Source: Auanema rhodensis
Taxonomy: Eukaryota > Animalia > Nematoda
Direction of reading: 5' to 3'
Assembly: GCA_964057225.1 (NCBI GenBank)
Contig: OZ059897.1
Location: 16,926,001-16,990,000, forward strand
Length of the DNA stretch: 64,000 nt
Below are positions 13,894-26,459 of this stretch, one piece after another; position 1 is the stretch's first letter; each line of letters starts with the position of its first letter. The notes beneath the pieces are model-generated. The model had not been told where the DNA came from. It searched no databases and saw only the letters and a program-made list of their open reading frames with translations. The position numbers and the translations under genes were made by a program.

Positions 13894-15718
13894 TTAATTT
13901 GGGCAGTTATAGATGATTCCTCCTTTAGGAATTTGAATGAATTCGTGTATGAAGTTCTAGAAAATATATTTTTTATTATAAAAATTATTTCGATAATACC
14001 ATATTCATTGGACAAAACCGGAATAAAGCATTTGATCCAGTTGTAAATGAATTCAATGTAGGAGTAGCCTATAATAATATTTTTATTATTTAATTACAAA
14101 ATATAAAAATACCGTAATTCCATTATCTGCTTTATCATTTTTATTCAATGCAGTCCAAGAGCATTTAGATGAGAATTTATGATTAAAACCAGGTCCTTTA
14201 ATACAATACTATAATTTGAAAATTAATAATTAAAATAAAATATAATTATAACAAACATTTACAACTAGTTGATCAGGTCGACAAAATGGAAAACCTATTG
14301 GACTTAAATAAAAAATTAAATACTTTTGTATTTTTTGGTTTGAAAACCTTGTTTTAACATATTCAAAACAACTTTTTTGAATAAAAGAACATCCCCAGTT
14401 TCTTCCATACCAATATAAATTATGTTCTTCTTCAATAGATGTATAATTTACTTTATACCATTGTCTAAAATTTTTTTTTTAATTTAAAAATTTAATGAAT
14501 GAAAACCTTGAACCAAGATATGTTTCTTCAAGGATAGATGCTGATATTTTTGTAAAATAATTTGGACCATTAGATAATTTTGGTGTCATTAATTCATTCT
14601 ATAATATATATATTATATTATTTTAAAATAATTATATTCTTTTACTCCAAAAATATATTCATTCAAATGAATTGAACTTTTTGAATCAGCTTCTATTCCT
14701 TCGATAGTATTACATCCAAAATGATGTTTAGCAATTGCCTGAAAAGAAATAACTTAACTGTCAATTTCATTTATTTTCAAAATCAATATCATACGTGAGT
14801 TCTATATAAATTTTACGTGAAAAAATATTTCAAGCAGATAATGCATGTTAAGCGGTTGTTTTTAAATATTTTCTTACAAGTGTTTTTCCAGTGAAATCCA
14901 AATAGTGCCTATTGGCTGTTTGTGATCCTGAACTCAAGTTCCACAAATAAGTATCAGTATGATGACCTTTTTGAGTATTCTCTACAGGAATAAGTGTACC
15001 AAAACCCTAAATATATTTAAATAAAACAAATATTTAAACTTGAATTAACCAAGGAGTGGAGAATTTCATGTCGAAGTAAATCTTTAATAGCTTTAAATCC
15101 TTCCCAATGTTGACCAGTACAAATATTTAAAATTCCTAACAAAGGACGTTGTACAGTTGAAACATCACATGGTCTAGCAGTAGCCAATAATTTAGGATTC
15201 TTATGACAAGCTTCTCCATTTATCTTCAAAGTTTAATAATAAATAATAATAAAATGAATAGTTTATACTTCCAAGTATAAAGCAAAGTTAAATCTCCCTA
15301 AAGGAATTCCATTTTTTCCATTTAGATTAATATCTCTACCATTTATCTAAAATTGTTTTGAATATTAAACTGAACAAACAACGATCTAGGGTATTCACCA
15401 AATCCAATGCAGATAAAACTGAAACAGCTTGTGGTGTACATTTCCTCAACTCATCATACTCTATCACATTCTTGTTAAGAGAAAGATTTAATACAGATAT
15501 TTTTCCCTGTAAATCTTTCAAAGCTTCTATAACACCATTCTAAAAACAAAAAAAGTTTATACATATATAGAACATCAAACCTTAATTATTGGAGTAAGTT
15601 GTGTTAATGTTTGAGGTTTTAAGAACAATGTATCTAAGCTTGAATAAGCATTATCAGCATGTGTGGATCCAATAATGATAGAGAATACAAAGATATATCC
15701 AAATGTAGAGAGTACCAT
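13894..15718 (-). CDS. Leishmanolysin/invadolysin-like metallopeptidase (family M8), short secreted form, multi-exon
   Basis: Signal peptide MVLSTFGYIFVFSIIIGSTHA; ARPC..QRPLLGILNIC; zinc motif LLRHEILHSLGF; HFGC..IEGIE; third ligand in SIHLNEYIF; Met-turn NELMT; YGRNWGCSF. The 3' end is approximate. Confidence 0.85.
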
Positions 15719-16898
15719 GATACTCAATATATCAAAAGATATTTTAATCTTTGAGGCTTTATTCGGAATTTTTTGCTTTTCCTACGGTGTTTGTAACTGC
15801 CACGTAATTTTAAATTTTGAGAAAAATCATTTTTGTATAAACAAAACATCTTTGACGGAAGACAAATTCATCGTTTATTTGGAAGATTATATTTCTCATA
15901 TGTTTCAGATTGTTTTTAACAAAATATTTCAAATCATGACACCTTTTATATTAAAAACAACAAGAAAAATGATTTTTTTTTGTTATATATTATAATAATA
16001 ATTAGTATATCTATTATAAATAAAAAAATATATGTATATAATGCATTAAATAAATTTATATTGACCCTTAGTTAAGTTAAGCTAGTTATCACAATTGACA
16101 TCTCAACAATTTTTTATCAATTTTTTTACACGATCCACGATTTATTCTATTACTAGTTGATTATATTGTATAAAATATGTCTTATATAATTAATCTCTTC
16201 TAATTAAATTATATGATATAGTTTAATTGAATTATATAATTTGATAACTTGCATTTTACCTAATATTTAGTCATGTTTCTTGACAATTCGTCATAGTTAG
16301 ATTATCTTATGACACACAAACCCTCTTCTTCTATTGGTGTCTAGTCAAGTTTATATAAACCAGCCTACCCGTCTAAGAATCAACATTATCTGATTCGATT
16401 CATTCGCACTATGTACGATAGGAACCGCTTCATGAACTGATTCAGTATTGTTTTTCACAAAACTATTTGTATATAGTTAGTTATGTCATAGTCCTATGAT
16501 TAAGACAAGAAAACTGGATAGTTTGTGGGATGTTACAGTTTGGTTATTGACTGACTTGCTGGACAACAGGACTATTCATGTATGTATAACGGATAGTTAG
16601 CTAACTAGTGATTTGAACGATTAACGAAGTGGTTAAGAAAGCAGATTAGATGAATTACTGGGTGTAAAGATTTGTTTATTTGATTCAGGTTTTTTCTTTT
16701 AATTGTTATTGTTGTAAATTATTGTAATTGAGCATGTATATGTATGTATGTATACATATAAACATACTGTTTTACATTCTTTTCTTTTCTTTTGATTATC
16801 ATTTCAATATATTTTTTATCCATTGTAATTGTGTTTTGATTGTGCTATAGATGAATAAAATTTTTGAAAAGGATGGTTTATTACAAGAAAAAGTACAC

Positions 16899-18075
16899 CT
16901 AGTATCCTGGGGCGGTTCTTGGTGGTGGACAATGGTCGCACCCTCCTCCGCTTCCGGATTCTCCGGCGTCTCCTGGAGATCCTGGAGCTCCTGGGTTTCC
17001 TGGAGGTCCATCTGGTCCAGGTGGTCCTGGTGGTCCTGGTGGTCCTGGTTCGGAACTGCCAGCAGATCCTGCATTTCCTGGTGGTCCTGCTGGTCCTGGT
17101 GGTCCTGGTGGTCCTAAAAAGCATATACATTAGAAAAAATTCAATATTGTGTAAAATAATGGAAAAGCTAGTAAAAATAAATGAATTTACCAGCTGGTCC
17201 TGGAGTTCCTGGAACCTCGGTGACTTGTCCTGGGGCTCCTGGGTTTCCTGGGGCTCCGGGTTGTCCGTCTCCTCCTGGTGGTCCTGGTGGTCCTGGTGGT
17301 CCTGGAGGTCCTGGTTGACTTGGTGGTGGGCTTTGTCCTGGAGCTCCAGCGTTTCCGTCTGGTCCTGGTGGTCCAGCATTTCCTGGTGGTCCTGGAGGTC
17401 CTGGTGGGCAATCGAAGCAGAAATCAGCAGCTTGTGGAGCGGCTCCAGCTGGGGCATCAGATCCTGGGTTTCCTGGAGCTCCAGCAGTTCCATCAGTTCC
17501 TGGGTTTCCGTCAGATCCTGGTGGTCCTGGTGGTCCAGCAGCTCCGATTCCGCAAGAGCAGCAAGATCCTCCTCCTCCTGCTCCTCCTCCTCCACCAGAT
17601 GGGGCATCAACGCCTGAATCGTATCCTCCGGATGGAGCTCCTCCTCCTTGAGCATAAGTTCCAGCACCGTGAGCACGAGCTGGCTGAGCAACACGGCGGC
17701 CTTGGTCGCTCCATCTCTGCCATGAGGCCTGTCTCTTGACACGAGAGTCTACCCCCTTGATGGCTTCGAAACGATGGAACTCATCCCAAAGTCCGTCAGT
17801 GCGGTGACGGCAAAAATCCACCTCATTTTGAAGGGAGGATTGGACATGTTGCATGTAGTTGTACAACATGGGGACGGCTACAATAGCGGTCAAAGTAGCC
17901 ACCTAAAAAAGTTAAATAAGAAATGAACTAGGAATAATCAGTTGATTTTATTTGAAATATAAGCAGATTTCAAATCACTTAAGAAAATTGTATAACTAAC
18001 CGTTGAGATAGAGATCCCAAAGAAAGCTAGCCGCTTAAGGTTTTCGGCCTCCTGCAGCTTTGCTTTTTCTTCCAT
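16899..18075 (-). CDS. Nematode cuticle collagen, 3 coding exons
   Basis: [25 protein letters not shown]|[18 protein letters not shown] (Col_cuticle_N domain), RVKR cleavage site, SCCSCG, Gly-X-Y blocks, CFDC interruption and the end [13 protein letters not shown]. Confidence 0.98.
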
Positions 18076-18310
18076 TCCCTAGAAATATTAAAGTAGAATA
18101 GAAAAAAAATATAAAAGAAAGAAAGAAATTGATTAAGAATAGAAATATAGAAGGAATATATTCATTTACTTTTTGATTTAAAATAAATTGAAAGTGTAGG
18201 CAAAATCATTCAAAATATTTTAAGTTTATATAAGCTTTTGAATTGGTTTAGAAAAGAGAAAGATATGAATGTTAAATGACGAATGTGATTGTGTTACGCA
18301 GCTTCTCGTC

Positions 18311-18800
18311 CATATATAGTCCATCCTCAGATGACATTAAACTGGTTCGAGTGACTGTGACTCCGCCCTGCAGTTGGTTGTAGCTCCAAAGAAGCCGATA
18401 TAGTCACCTAATAGACCCGATTTGATTTGAATCATTGTCGTTGCTTCCTATTGGCATGTTGTTAAGAAAAACATCAGCAGAGATAATAGTGAGGTAGATG
18501 TTGAGTTCAACGAAAAAAGATTGAAGAGAGAGATAGATAAAACAAAGGAGATAGAAGATGATGAGGTAGAACGGATTGATAAAATCGCATTAAAAAAGGG
18601 TGTAAACACTATGAAAAAGGTAGTAATTTCCTTAATACTAATATTTCATTTGTTGCTTTTCCTATATTAATTCTGCAAACTAGTCATAGAATATGATAAT
18701 AAACTTGATTACTGATTATAGTTAAGCTATCTATACTTGTTTTTTAAATAATTTTTTTAAATAATTGCTTCTTTTTATCAATGTCTGATAACTATTATCC
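18311..18800 (-). promoter_or_regulatory. Putative collagen promoter: TATA-like element plus upstream GATA sites
   Basis: TATATA at ~18313-18318. WGATAA sites near 18481, 18535, 18577, 18695 and 18786. Hypodermal GATA control of collagens is established knowledge; function of these sites is inference. Confidence 0.4.
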
Positions 18801-20540
18801 CATATCTATTCTCATATCTTATTCTTTTTCATTACATCTTTTCTTAGATTATGCTCGTTTTAGAGAGAAAGAGATAGTTTAAATATCAATGAAAAATCAG
18901 TAATACATTAATCTTTTTCACAAACTAGGAATTATTTACAAGTATTGTCATCGGAAACTTGTAGTTCTCATCTATATTATGCTGTGACCACTGATCTATT
19001 ACCATATCTTCTAGAAGAAAATTCGATAAACAAAGAGAAAAGATTGGTAGTCATCATATTCATAACTGGCAGTTCAGATATCGTTTCAATTTTTCTCAAT
19101 TTTGTTCTAACAATATCATATTTATTTGAAATCAATAAGCAACTTTTGAATTTCTAATTGTAAATGTTTCAAATAATTTGATAAGATATATCAATCTGCG
19201 TGATGAACTTGTTTATATACAGACAATAGAAATAATAATTTTCAAGTCTTTTTCTATCCATGTAATAGAATTTATATTGAATATTATCATTTATATATTT
19301 ATATAATTTCAGTTTCTTTTTTAATATTAGGTCACACAGATTATATATTCTTATCAATTTTTAAAGTTATAAAATAGTTTTTTTTTTCTTTAAATTAATA
19401 TAACAATTTTATAAGTTTGTATTCAATGATATAAACTTATTTTCTTTTACCATTTATCTTTCCATTCCTTTTCTCACTCCTCTTAGAGTTATACATATAC
19501 TTGTTCTGGGGTTTACTATCTTCATTTCTCAAGTTGTCTACATCTGTATTTTAAGTTAAGATAGATATCTTAAAAACATGTAAATAAGGTAATAATTTGT
19601 CAAATCTCGAATATAAGAGGGCAATGTTTTGCTATAAGAAAATTCTATTTGTCGTCACACTATTACTCTAACTATTTCATAAATCTGAATCTAATTAGGC
19701 TCATTTTCTACTAACATCTTTGTTTGTTTTCTATTCCCGTAACAGAATTTGTCTTTAATCAAAGACATACAATTATATTGAAATAACAAACAAGCAATTT
19801 AGAAATTATTTCTATTTTTCAGATTTGTGAAATACTCATCAAAAAAGGAAGAAGAAGATGCATCACTTAAAAATTGTTTCATTCTTCTTTTTCTTTCTTG
19901 TTTGGTATTCACTTTACTATTTTACCGATACCCAAATGTTGTACTGATAATGCCGTATATCTGATTATTATCCGCTTGATCCACGCATAAATTCCCAAGC
20001 TTCCAGAACACGGACCTGTAAAGTTATATTAAGAGCTACACAAACTAAACTAGTAATAATAGGAACGTCATGATAATCCTGTCCAACACTAGAGAAATAC
20101 TAACATGAAGATTGTATCAGTCAAATATGGTTAAAGATAGGGTAAGAGAGAAGCATCGTTCATCAGAATGTCGAATCACAGTCAACGACGTCTTCTTCCC
20201 ATTTCCCTTCTTCGTTATGATCATAGCAAACGTTGTCTCATTAATTCAAAGCAGTTAGTCACACTATTCAAGTCTATAATACGGCTAGTAGCCAGATCTA
20301 GTATACAGACAACCCGCTAATTCCAATCGTTTTTGACACTTATCTTCGTCTTTGTACACTACAAATCATGCTGATCTTTATGGAAAATCTGTTGTTTACA
20401 TACTTAGGAGTACACGAACTGTTTGATCTTTCTCACATGCCTTTATGAGTAGATTACCAGTTTAATATATTTTTAATATGTGTGAAAAAGCTTTTATTCT
20501 TTCTGATCAGTAGTAAGATAGATTGTATAAACTTTTTCAA

Positions 20541-22109
20541 CTAGCTGAAGGTACTAATTCGTTGAAGATAAAGACATTCAAACCCAATGGATACTGTATT
20601 TGGAAGCAAATTACGAGCAAATAGTTCACAACATCTAAATATATCAATCATAATTAACAATCATCTAAGATCACCATACCTTTCGAAATATAAATCAAAT
20701 ATTGATAACATTAACGATATCGGAGGTTTATGTGAATGAATAGCCATTGGTACGCTAAAAATTAACAAAACTATAATGAAAATTATCGAAAATGAAATTC
20801 ATTAACCTGGCACATAGAAAATTATTTGGTAGCTTTGATTTCCAATTTTCAAGTTGTTCAGGAAAGCAACCGAATACTACCCGTTCGAAAGGGACTTTAT
20901 GATCAGTTTGAAAATCATATACAGGCTCACCTTCTGTCGTTACCTTTAATACAAGAAAATAAAATCATATATTCACACATGAATACTTTTAACCAATACC
21001 AAATTGAGCATACAGATAAGCCCCACTTTTTAAAAATATCAGTAGCCTCTTCTACAATTCCTAGAAAACCATTTTCATTGTATTGTTAAACAGACTTTTT
21101 TACCTTTTCTATTGGTTATCCACATAGCGCATAATCCATTTTCAGAAAGGTTGGGTAGAGAGTCTAAGTTTCGATCCCAGGTGTCGTTTAGTTCATATCT
21201 GAATGAAACAGTTTCAAGAGAATTTCACGAAAAAGTATAATCGTCGATTACTTGACTGTTCGTTTAACTGAATGGTTAACCCATGGTGGATCTATGATTA
21301 ACAGGTTAAACTTCTCATCTAAACTTTCTTTTATTACTTTAACACCTGAAGAATTAATACCATGTTCAACAGCATACCTCTTTACATTGGATATATTTCC
21401 CGAACAAAACGTAGATTGAGCTGGTATAATACAATCAGTAACTTCGTTTTCATCTAAAAAAATATATAAAACAAAGAGAGAGTAAAGTAGTAATACTTCC
21501 AACATGAACGATGATAGGACCATCACTATCATTTTTATAAAAAGATCCAGCAGAATTCAAAATTATAAAATCATTCTCTCTAAATTCATATTAGTTTTTC
21601 AATTTTAATACAGTATATTACGTTATCATTTGATCTTGATATACATTACTAGGAGATAACTGGAAATATTTGTTAATTTCTTTAGCCTTAGCACGAGCGT
21701 CTTTATTATTATCAAGATGATTGTTTTTAAGAAAATACTTTTCCTTGTTACCAGCTTGCAAAATTTCTTCATAAAGTTTTTTAACAAGTTGACAATCCTA
21801 AAATAAAATAATGTATTTATGTTTTTCTATAAATTTTACATCTTCTAACTCAATATTTGTGATTATACGTTTCTTCCTTTTCCTAACTCTTCTATCACTT
21901 TTCTTATTTGCCTCAAATTGGCTATCTGGTAAGAATGGTCCATGTATATCATAGAATTGTTTACTGTAGTTCATTCTAAATAATTTAATAATATAGATAC
22001 TTGACTTAGGATACTCATCATACCCCTTAGTATTATATATTTTTTCATAATAATTTAACTCATCGATAATGGCAAACTTGCTATTCTTATATATTATACC
22101 CACCGTCAT
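20541..22109 (-). CDS. damt-1: MT-A70 family N6-adenine methyltransferase, METTL4/DAMT-1 type, multi-exon
   Basis: IPAQSTF, catalytic IIDPPWVNHSVKR, WITN, TTEGEPVYDF..HKVPFE, SVPMAIHSHKPP and ELFARNL..SIGFE. Ends QRISTFS*. Confidence 0.92.
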
Positions 22110-22418
22110 TTTCTTAAGTTTCAAGGTTAACATTAAATTATAAACTTATACGATATGCTACTTAAGATTTCAAAGACTTATAAAATATATTATAAGCACG
22201 ATAATTTATTTTTTATACTCTTGCAAACTAGAAATATAGAAAATTAGAAAGGTTATCACAAATGAATAGTTAAAATGAAAATAATTAGAACATAATGACT
22301 TGGAGATCAATAGAAAGACAGCTCTATGCTTTAGTAATTATTACACTGGCACGGGATAAAAAAAACCACGTTAAAAAGTGAAATACTATAAATATATATA
22401 CAAAAAAAAGTTTGAAAC

Positions 22419-23931
22419 TTATTCATGATGACGCCCTACTAGTAATTGTAGCATCCAAAAGATTACAACTCCAAAGCAAACTGCTAAAGCTTTTCCGAGA
22501 CTAGCACAGCGCTTCGGCTGACTGAAATAAGAAATAGGTAGGAACTTGAAGAGATAGGCTAACCTATGACTATGTCCTATTTCGTGACTCTGATCACGAT
22601 GGCTATGACTATGTCCATGGCTGTGTCCATGACTATTCAATTCCATACTTAGCATTTCCACACATGCGACATAAATAAAAGTACCAGCGGCTACTCCTTC
22701 CAGTACAAATCTAAGCATAACAGAGTTGGTTGAATCAACTTGATCGACCTAAATACAAACAATAAGGTAATTTTTGCTTATATTCAATGACCATCAGTGC
22801 AATTATCATTCCAAATGGTATAGTTGCTGAAAGAATCAAGCTAGTTAATAAAGCTGATCGAATAGGTGTTCTTTGTTGTGCCATAGAGACTCCATATGCA
22901 AAACAGCATAAAACCTTAAATGAATAATTTTTTCAAGAATTCACAAATTGAGTAGAAACCTCATGAAACATTATCGCAATTAAAACATTGAAAAAATCAC
23001 TTTTTTCATTCTGCAAAAACGAATCTATTTTCATTATAAAAGTAGCACTTTTACTTGAACTCCTAAGGCGACGCCTTCAAATATGGAATGAATTGAAAGA
23101 CCCATAAGCAAAAACAGCGTTCGTGCTGATAAGCCATCTTCTATCGGAATCATATGTGAATGACCTATGGACTCATCGTGATCATTAACAGGTGAGCTCT
23201 GGAAAAAAACATCAGGTAAACAATAAAAAATAACAAATGCAGCCTATTTATGCATTTTCTTGAGAACTCACCGATCTGAATATAATGTCTTGCATACCGT
23301 CGTCATCATCTAACGTTGTATCAACCAAAGGCTGGACGAATATAATTTTTTTTAACTTTAAAATAAAATTAACTTACTTGGCCGTCTTCATCCTCTTGGG
23401 CAAGTAGTGTTCTTAACGTAGGTGCTCTTTTAGGTGAACCATAATGATGAGTAAATGGTGTAGAGCATGCCATTAGCGCCTTAAACTTGAAAATAAGTAA
23501 TAATAACGCTAAAAAATGTACCTGCTCAATTATTAAAATCAACAAAAATCCAATAAGAATAACCGTTTCCGTGTTAGGTAATACCGCTGGATCCAAGCTT
23601 TGATTTGTGTCATTACTAGCTATTGCTTTTCTGGAAAAGGGAGAGTCAAGGGAAATGCTAAGCTTTACAAACCTCATCATCATTTCCTGATGCCTTACAT
23701 GGGGAACTAATCCAATAAAGCAAGTAGAGAGAAAAATTCCACAAGCAATGCAATTACAAATTGAAAGAGTGAAACTAGACCTTCAAGAAGATGAATTGTA
23801 CAATGAAAAAATTAGCTAACTAACTTATTTTCTTTGGTATTTCCACGTAACAGATAACAATAAGGTACGATTGTGCACAGAACCAGAAGTGTGAAGATAC
23901 CAAGAGCGGATATTAACTCCAGCACTAACAT
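22419..23931 (-). CDS. ZIP (SLC39) zinc transporter, ZIP1-3 type, multi-exon
   Basis: CNCIACGIFLSTCFIGLVPH, TM4 GLSIHSIFEGVALG, TM5 AIMFHE, SATIPFG and LEGVAAGTFIYVACVEML. His-rich loop near the C-terminus. Confidence 0.95.
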
Positions 23932-24110
23932 GCTTACTGTGAAAAAAGACGTAATAAATTGATTATCAAAAACTATGCTGATAACTAACGTTGGGATAGG
24001 AAACCCCAAGAAACTAAAGAACAAAGAAATTGATCGTAGTTCTTGAAAACAACAATAACAAACTAACAATTAACAACAAGGTATAATCAAAAAAAACAAT
24101 AACAAGTAAA

Positions 24111-25471
24111 TCAACGTCTTCCTCGCATACCACCTCTACTACCGCCTCTACTACCGCCACGACTAAAGCCTCGACCACCTCCTCGACTAAATCCACGACC
24201 ACCTCCCCGTCCGAAACCTCCTCTACCTCCTTTGAAGCCATCAATATTTTCGAAACTAAAAGAACTTCATTACTCAAAAAATGAGAAATTCGCAAACCTT
24301 TCTTTGTTATTTCTCTTAGTTCCTTTTTTCTTTCCACCATATCCGAACTTCTCACTTTTGAACTCACGCTTGAAGTCGCGTGAACGTCCGCCTCTTCCCC
24401 CACTTTCACCTACTGGAGCAGAATCTTCCTAAAGATAATTTATAATATTATTTATTTTATAACTTTTTGAGGATAAATTACATCGGCCAATCCAAATCGC
24501 TTAACATTATTAAGCATGTCCTCTAATTGTTGCTTCATACCCTTCTTATGCTTCTTAACAGCTTCCATCAATTTTTTCTTCTCAGTATTTTTGTTATCAA
24601 TAACTTGCTGAAAGTTTAAAAGTATGATGACCTTAATGATGGGAACAAACCTTTTGAACTTTAGTTGCATATTTCTTTTCTTCACGCATTCTACGAATAG
24701 CTTCTTGTTTTTCCTTTCCTTCTTGAATCTTTAACAGACGCTTTCTAACTTTTTGCATATGTCCATCTGATTTCGACATTTGGGCAAAATAGTCTTCAGG
24801 TCGCAACACTTTGATATTCATAGAGAGCAGTTTAGGCACAGCGATTTGCACTGCCTTCTCTGCTTGTTTGTAGCTAGAACAAAAACATAAATTAATCAGC
24901 TAGAAAAAAAATCACTGACAATTGTAATTCACGCTCAAAATCATTATCGACCATTTCTTTAGTAATAGTGCATTTTGTAGTTACATCTAACGTTTCAACC
25001 CATGGAAGCTTCTTAGAAAATTCACCTATTTTATCAACGATTTCTTCCTGAAAGACAAAGTTATTCCAAGTAAAAGAAGAAAGAACACCTTCTTATTAAT
25101 TATGGCTCTTTTTTTCTGGACGACATAGTTAAGTCTATCAGATTTTAATAAACCGTCTCTGAGTGCAATTTGGAGCTGCAAAAAATCAATTTGTATGAAC
25201 AATTGAAGATGAAAAACTAACTTCTTTATCGCTATCATTTCCATCGTCTTCTTCATCCTCATCATCTTGAGCAATTATTACAGGTAGAGCTTTCTTTTCT
25301 TCATCAATATCATTCTCATCATTTTCGCTATCATCAATAACTTCTTCAATGATCTGAATAATAGAAAACAGTACTTATAAAGAAAAAATAAAATACTTCT
25401 TCTACTGGTTCTGGTTCCTTGACAGGAGTTTTCACTTTAGCTACTGCAGATTTTTTAGAAAATCGAGCCAT
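24111..25471 (-). CDS. EBNA1BP2: rRNA-processing protein EBP2 (EBNA1BP2), multi-exon
   Basis: LPWVETLDV, DNDFERELQFYKQAEKAV, RPEDYFAQMSKSDGHMQKVR, REFKSEKFGYGGKKK and a C-terminal RGG tail ending GMRGRR*. Confidence 0.96.
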
Positions 25472-25707
25472 TATTATCTAAAGTAATAATAAAAGGAATC
25501 AGAAAAAAAAATGTATGAAATTCGTATTTAGTAAAAATATTCGCAACATTGAATACATAATGAAATAAATTTGCAACTTCCTAGAACGCAAAAGCCTCAC
25601 TAAATATTGTAAACAGCATGCAACGGTTCCCAACGCAAAAAACTAATGTTTCAATCATGTTTTCAAATTACTTTCTATTATTGAATTAAAAATCCTATTT
25701 TTAGTAG
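25472..25707. promoter_or_regulatory. Short bidirectional promoter region between EBP2 and mrps-18C
   Basis: Head-to-head start codons 236 bp apart. AACGCAAAA occurs twice; TTGTAAACAGCA at 25607. Confidence 0.6.
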
Positions 25708-26286
25708 ATGTTTGCTATTAAACAATTACCACGAATTTTGGTTAGATATTCTACGAATACTACTATAACCTCTCAATCGATTCAATATAGGTTATTATGT
25801 GCTAAAGTTTCTGATGCTGGAAACGGTACGATTCAAATATCTCCGCTAGATCACGTCAATTCATGCAAATATTTTTTTTCAGAAGATGAACCTATTGTTT
25901 TGGAAAAGAATCCATATGAGAAGGAGAAAAGAAAATGCTTGTTGTGCCGTACAGGTGTAGATCTTGATTATAAAAATTCACGCTTACTACAGGTATTGTG
26001 ATTAACTGAGACTGTTTTAAATTTACTCTTACAGCAATTTGTTTCTACTTTCTCTGGAAGAGTTTATGATCAACATATCACAGGTATCACTTTATTTAAT
26101 AACGTTAAGAGATATTTTTGTGCATTTGTAGGCCTATGTGATGACCAGCAAAAAAGGTTGATTGAAACTATTGCTCTTTCAAGAAAAGCTGGATATATGC
26201 CAGTATTTGTAAAAGATCCCAAATATGTTCGTGATCCTAAACTGTTTGATCCTCTCCGGCCAGTAAGACCTCATTCGTTCGCATAG
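25708..26286 (+). CDS. mrps-18C: Mitochondrial ribosomal protein S18C, 4 exons
   Basis: Presequence-like N-terminus, then [50 protein letters not shown]. Ends RPHSFA*. Confidence 0.95.
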
Positions 26287-26459
26287 AAGTTTTCTTTTTT
26301 GTTTAGTTTATTAGTTTTTGTTATTGTAAATACAAATTTCACGAGAAATAAATTGTTATTATGTATAAACTGTTTTTTTGATAACTATGTTTGTATGGTG
26401 CTTCATATACCTAAATCAACTTATTGATTCTTGATATTCTATACAAAGGGTTTAAAAGC

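Noticed and set aside
16799-17742. Several long overlapping ORFs on both strands (QDH-, W/S- and V/L-rich)
   Set aside because: These are shadow frames of the repetitive GGA-CCA-CCA collagen codons.
19820-20240. Possible fourth operon gene downstream of METTL4 (MTFLLLL|VRVLEAWEFMRGSSG*)
   Set aside because: Only a ~22-aa product can be built, with no supporting motif.
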